Positions 59,836 through 64,000 of a DNA stretch of 64,000 bases are shown piece after piece. The notes below the pieces were generated by a model, which did not search any database, was not told the DNA's origin, and saw only the letters and a program-made list of their open reading frames with translations. The position numbers and the translations under genes are program-made. Source of the stretch: Spirochaetia bacterium (GTDB taxonomy: Bacteria; Spirochaetota; Spirochaetia; DSM-2461); the NCBI GenBank assembly GCA_963668315.1, contig OY764216.1:5184001-5248000 (forward strand). Direction: 5' to 3'. Position 1 is the stretch's first letter. Each line of letters starts with the position of its first letter.

Positions 59836-62754
59836 ATGGGAGATAAATCTGCCAGAAAACCGGGAAAATCCGGTATTATCGCGATTTCCATCATTCTGGG
59901 ATTCGTCATTATCATCAATATTGCCTTTAAGATATTTTCAGGTTATGCCGACTTGTACCTCGGCACGGGAAAAGCCGTTATAGAAGCGGCCGAAGGAACG
60001 GAGAACTGGGACAGCCAGTACTATGTCGGCGATTACGCCGACGAAGCGGCCTTGAAGGAAGCCGCGGGAAATACGGTGGAAGAGATCGAATCGGAAGGAA
60101 TCGTCCTCATGAAGAACAACGGCGTCCTTCCCCTCACCGAAAAAAAAATCACCCTGATGGGCCGTGATGCGGTGGATGCCGTTTACGGCGGATCCGGTTC
60201 CGGTTCGGTAGATGTTTCCACGGTTATCGATATGGAGGCCGGCCTGGAAGAAGCGGGCTTTGAACTTAACCGGACTGTACTGGCCCTTTTCAACGATTAC
60301 GCCTCCTATACCATGGGCGTAAACAACTTCGGTCAGCCCGTAAAAAAATACGACAACCCCAAAGCGGATATCGTCATGGACAAGCCTGAGGAATCGAGCT
60401 ACAGGGTGGGCGAAATGCCCGTGAGTCTCTTCACCGGTGAAGCCGTGAGCAGCTTCGCCGACTATCATGACGCGGCGGTCATCATGTTCGGCCGGGGCGG
60501 CGGCGAAGGCGGCGACCTGGCCCAGGATATGGAGGGCTCCGACGACAACTATGTCCCCGGCCAGCACCAGCTTGAGCTGAACAAGGACGAGAAGGACCTC
60601 CTGGCCCTGGCCAAGGAGAACTTCGACAGAGTCGTGGTCGTCATCAACTCATCCGCCGCCATGGAACTGGGCGTTCTGGAAAACGACCCCCAGATCGATG
60701 CGGTCCTCTGGATCGGCTCCCCCGGACAGACCGGTTTCCGCGCCGTGGGAAAAGTCCTGAACGGCACGGTCAATCCCTCGGGAAGAACCGTCGATATCTA
60801 CGCCGCGGACTTTACCAAGGATCCCACATTCGTCAACTTCGGCAACTACCAGTACTCCAACATCAGCGAGGACAACTCCTACGGAGACGGATTCTTCGTT
60901 CACTACGAAGAGGGCATCTACATCGGCTACCGCTACTACGAAACGGCAGCCGCCGAAGGTTTCATCGATTATGACGAGGCGGTGGTGTACCCCTTCGGAC
61001 ATGGTCTGAGCTACACCGATTTCTCCTGGGAAATCGTCGGAACCGAACTGGGCGACGTGGACGGGGAGATATCCGTTGACGTAAAAGTAACCAATACGGG
61101 CAGCACCTACGCCGGGAAAGACGTGGTCCAGCTCTACTACTCCGCCCCCTACTACGAAGGCGGCATAGAGAAAGCCGAAGTGGTACTGGGCGATTTCGCC
61201 AAGACCTCCCTTCTGGCTCCGGGCGCCTCGGAAAGGGTAACCCTTTCCCTTCCCGTGGAAGCAATGGCCTCCTACGATTACAAAAACGAAAAAGCCTACG
61301 TCCTCGACGCGGGAACCTACGCCATACGCATCCAGACAGACTCGCACAACATGAAGGAAGGCCTGGAGGAGATCTCCTACGATGTGGACAAAACCGTCGT
61401 CTACAGCGGCAGCGGCCACAGGGGGTCGGACAGAACGGAAGTGACCAATCAGTTCGACGACGTCTCTTCCCTTTTTACCGACGAAGCCCGCGATGGCTAT
61501 ATTACCAATATGTCCCGGAGCGATTTCGCCGGAACCTTCCCCACGGCTCCCACCACGGCGGACATGCTGGCCAATGACGCCATTCTGGCCGATTTCGCGA
61601 AATACGTCGCCGCCGATCATCTCGATCCCGAAGCGGAAATGCCCGTGACCGGCGCCGAGAACGGCCTCTCCCTCATCGACATGAGAGGTCGGGATTTCAA
61701 CGACCCCCTCTGGGAGAGTTTCCTCGATCAGCTGACGCCCGATGAGATCGTAGCGATAGTCATCAACAGCGCTTACAATACGGGAGCCATGGACTCCGTC
61801 GACAAACCGGCCACGGTGGATCTGGACGGACCGGCGGGAATCAACTCCTTCATGGGAGCTTCCGTTCATGGAACGGCCTATCCCTCGGCAGTGGTTGTCT
61901 CCGCCTCTTTCAACCCCGAAATTGCCTATAAGATGGGCAAGATGGTGGGTAACGAAGGGCTATTCTACAACGTTAACGGCTGGTACGCACCGGCCATGAA
62001 CATCCACCGTTCTCCCTTCGCGGGCCGTAACTTCGAATACTACTCGGAAGATCCGGTCCTTTCCGGCAAGATCGCCGCGCCCTGTGTGGAAGGAGCGGCG
62101 GAAAAGGGCGTCTATGCCTTCATCAAGCACTTTGCCATGAACGACCAGGAGACCAACCGCGTCAATAACGGTGTTTCCACCTGGGCCAATGAACAGGCTA
62201 TCCGGGAGATCTACCTCAAGCCCTTTGAAATGACCGTCAAGAATGCCAGAAACACTCTCCGGTACATCTCCGATGAGAACGGAACGGTTTCCGAAAAGGA
62301 GTTTCCCGCCACCACGGCCATCATGAGCTCCTTCGACAGAATCGGCGGCACCTGGGCGGGAGGAAAGGGCGCGCTGATGCAGAACGTACTCCGCGACGAA
62401 TGGGGATTTACCGGTCTGGCTATCAGCGACTTCAATCTCTACTCCTATATGAACGCCGATCAGGGTATCGCCGCAGGAACGGACATCTACATCACCTTCT
62501 CGTCCATGAAGTCTCTGGATGATACGAAGAGCGCCACCGCCGTGAACACCTTCAGAAGAATCGGCCACCGCCTCTGCTATACCGTGGCCAACAGCAACGC
62601 CATGAACGGCATCGTACCGGGGGCCACGGTTACCTTTACCATGGCTCCCTGGCTGGTTGGACTGATCATCGCCGACATAGCCATTGGACTTCTTCTCGCT
62701 CTCTGGCTTACGCTGATAATCAAAAAACGCAAACAGGCTGACATCTCAGCCTGA
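59836..62754 (+). CDS. GH3 beta-glucosidase with reversed domain order and TM anchors at both ends
   Basis: C-type domain first (EGIVLMKN..LPL, YPFGHGLSYT), then the barrel (DGPAG, GRNFEYYSEDP, ISDF); N- and C-terminal TM segments. Confidence 0.92.
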   Translation: MGDKSARKPGKSGIIAISIILGFVIIINIAFKIFSGYADLYLGTGKAVIEAAEGTENWDSQYYVGDYADEAALKEAAGNTVEEIESEGIVLMKNNGVLPLTEKKITLMGRDAVDAVYGGSGSGSVDVSTVIDMEAGLEEAGFELNRTVLALFNDYASYTMGVNNFGQPVKKYDNPKADIVMDKPEESSYRVGEMPVSLFTGEAVSSFADYHDAAVIMFGRGGGEGGDLAQDMEGSDDNYVPGQHQLELNKDEKDLLALAKENFDRVVVVINSSAAMELGVLENDPQIDAVLWIGSPGQTGFRAVGKVLNGTVNPSGRTVDIYAADFTKDPTFVNFGNYQYSNISEDNSYGDGFFVHYEEGIYIGYRYYETAAAEGFIDYDEAVVYPFGHGLSYTDFSWEIVGTELGDVDGEISVDVKVTNTGSTYAGKDVVQLYYSAPYYEGGIEKAEVVLGDFAKTSLLAPGASERVTLSLPVEAMASYDYKNEKAYVLDAGTYAIRIQTDSHNMKEGLEEISYDVDKTVVYSGSGHRGSDRTEVTNQFDDVSSLFTDEARDGYITNMSRSDFAGTFPTAPTTADMLANDAILADFAKYVAADHLDPEAEMPVTGAENGLSLIDMRGRDFNDPLWESFLDQLTPDEIVAIVINSAYNTGAMDSVDKPATVDLDGPAGINSFMGASVHGTAYPSAVVVSASFNPEIAYKMGKMVGNEGLFYNVNGWYAPAMNIHRSPFAGRNFEYYSEDPVLSGKIAAPCVEGAAEKGVYAFIKHFAMNDQETNRVNNGVSTWANEQAIREIYLKPFEMTVKNARNTLRYISDENGTVSEKEFPATTAIMSSFDRIGGTWAGGKGALMQNVLRDEWGFTGLAISDFNLYSYMNADQGIAAGTDIYITFSSMKSLDDTKSATAVNTFRRIGHRLCYTVANSNAMNGIVPGATVTFTMAPWLVGLIIADIAIGLLLALWLTLIIKKRKQADISA

Positions 62755-62758
62755 CAGA

Positions 62759-62789
62759 GAGGGACCGTCTTGCAAGGCGGTCCCTTTTT
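62759..62789 (+). terminator. Rho-independent terminator
   Basis: AGGGACCGTC-TTGCAA-GGCGGTCCCT followed by TTTT. Confidence 0.8.
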
Positions 62790-64000
62790 CATTGGAAAAA
62801 ACCGGAATCCAGCCTTACCCTGCCTTTAAGAATCACCCTTTCACTCCTCTCTCCCCAGCAGAGAAGCACGACCGTCTCTTCCGCCGATTCCAGGAGTACT
62901 TCCGTGGGAGCACCCCCGTCCCATTCGATAGATACGGAAATCCCCCCCCGGGCCCTCAATCCCCCGATCCGCCCCTTTTTCCAGGCAGCGGGAAGAGCCG
63001 GCAGGAGGCGGATGCGTCCCCCGTGGCTCTGAAGCAGCATCTCCGCCAGAGCGGCGGTCAGCCCCGTATTGCCGTCCATTTCGTACACATTGTCAAAGGC
63101 CGCCGCCCCCCTCGTGGGAGGATGGATGATCATGCCGTTCGGCTCCATAAGATGCTCCGTCATGGCGGTGATATGCTCAAGGGCTTCGTCTCCCCTTTCC
63201 AGCCGGGCGTTGTAGAGGATAAGCAGGGAGCGGGCCCATCCCGTATCCTCCCATCCTTCGGGGGGGCTCATTTTCCCTTCGAGTGACTTCGCCGCCGCAT
63301 CGGCAAGCCCGGGGGTCTCGCGGGGGTTGATCTGAGAGAAAGGGTAAAGGCCCAGAAGATGGCTGGTGTGGCGGTGCTGCTTGTCGGCGGCGGGATAATC
63401 GTGGCTCCACTCGGCCAGTGTCCCGTCAGGGCCTATGCGGTAGGGAAGGAGTTTCTCCTCCATAAGGCGCACCTTCTCTTCCTTCTCCCTGTCCCGCCCC
63501 TCCGGTCCGATCATTTCCGAGGCTTCCAGATAAATTCGGAACAATTCCCTTATCATGAGAATCTCAAAGGTGGAGCCGTGGCTCATATAGGTCTTTATCC
63601 CGTCGACGAGAAAGCTGTTCTCCGGGGATATCGCCGGGCCTCCCACGTAATATCCCTCGCCGTCAAGAAAAAGGTAGTCCATGAAAAAGTCCACCGATTC
63701 CAGGATCAGGGGATAGGCCTTCTCCCGCAGAAAATCCCTGTCATGGGTGAAAAGGAAGTGTTCGTATAAATGGGTGAGAATCCAGATGCCGCAGGCCGGA
63801 CAGGGGGCGATGGGAGAGCCCCAGTAGGGCGCGGCGAATCCCCAGGAATTGGAGACAATCTCGGCGGTCCAGCCGGAAAGGCCGTAACTTTCCCGGGCGG
63901 CGATTCTGCCCTGAGGGACGACGATATTTTCAAGCCAGGAGAAAAGGGGCTCGTTCACTTCGGATAGGCCTGTAACCTCGGAGGGCCAGTAATTCATCTG
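62789..64000 (-). CDS. GH95 alpha-L-fucosidase-like protein (5' part outside the window)
   Basis: QMNYWP, SPEN, EW..D, HRHTSHL, TGW, DGN.G, EMLLQSH, LLPALP. Confidence 0.9.
   Translation of the reverse strand, partial: QMNYWPSEVTGLSEVNEPLFSWLENIVVPQGRIAARESYGLSGWTAEIVSNSWGFAAPYWGSPIAPCPACGIWILTHLYEHFLFTHDRDFLREKAYPLILESVDFFMDYLFLDGEGYYVGGPAISPENSFLVDGIKTYMSHGSTFEILMIRELFRIYLEASEMIGPEGRDREKEEKVRLMEEKLLPYRIGPDGTLAEWSHDYPAADKQHRHTSHLLGLYPFSQINPRETPGLADAAAKSLEGKMSPPEGWEDTGWARSLLILYNARLERGDEALEHITAMTEHLMEPNGMIIHPPTRGAAAFDNVYEMDGNTGLTAALAEMLLQSHGGRIRLLPALPAAWKKGRIGGLRARGGISVSIEWDGGAPTEVLLESAEETVVLLCWGERSERVILKGRVRLDSGFFQ

Noticed and set aside
1..64000. CRISPR array, tRNA/rRNA, IS elements, prophage
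   Set aside because: I saw no regularly spaced repeats, RNA-gene signatures, transposase, integrase or phage genes on reading; a computational scan could still find subtle cases

Overview
This 64 kb window is chromosomal DNA from a GC-rich anaerobic bacterium, probably a free-living Spirochaetales member. That assignment rests on a FapA/DUF342 gene, Cys-less 'ANGxxE' N-termini on exported proteins and spirochaete-like lipoproteins, and is inference only. I saw no rRNA, tRNA, CRISPR array, transposase or phage genes. Housekeeping and metabolic genes include galM, araD-araA with a LacI regulator, ahpC, pflB-pflA, mnmA, guaB and purB. There is a cell-wall cluster (amidase-LysM, a 37-aa lipoprotein missing from the ORF track, a monofunctional transglycosylase, an FG-GAP protein and a TPR/SLH lipoprotein). 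A ~28 kb glycan-utilisation region holds a GH115-like gene, AraC, GDPD, a GH28-like gene, HAD, an Opp-type ABC importer, NifU-GH38, GH3-GtrA-GT2-GH3 and GH95. The most interesting observations are: (1) a permease-less, apparently cytoplasmic trio of SBP-fold protein, HypB/UreG-like GTPase and ABC ATPase with DUF1858-like N-termini; (2) an ECF sigma/anti-sigma operon carrying two mini-MotA paralogues and no MotB; (3) one 21-bp-spaced direct-repeat motif upstream of three glycan operons, suggesting an AraC regulon; (4) two copies of a structured intergenic element resembling Flavo-1; (5) several apparently leaderless genes. All family assignments come from motif recognition by eye, not from database searches.
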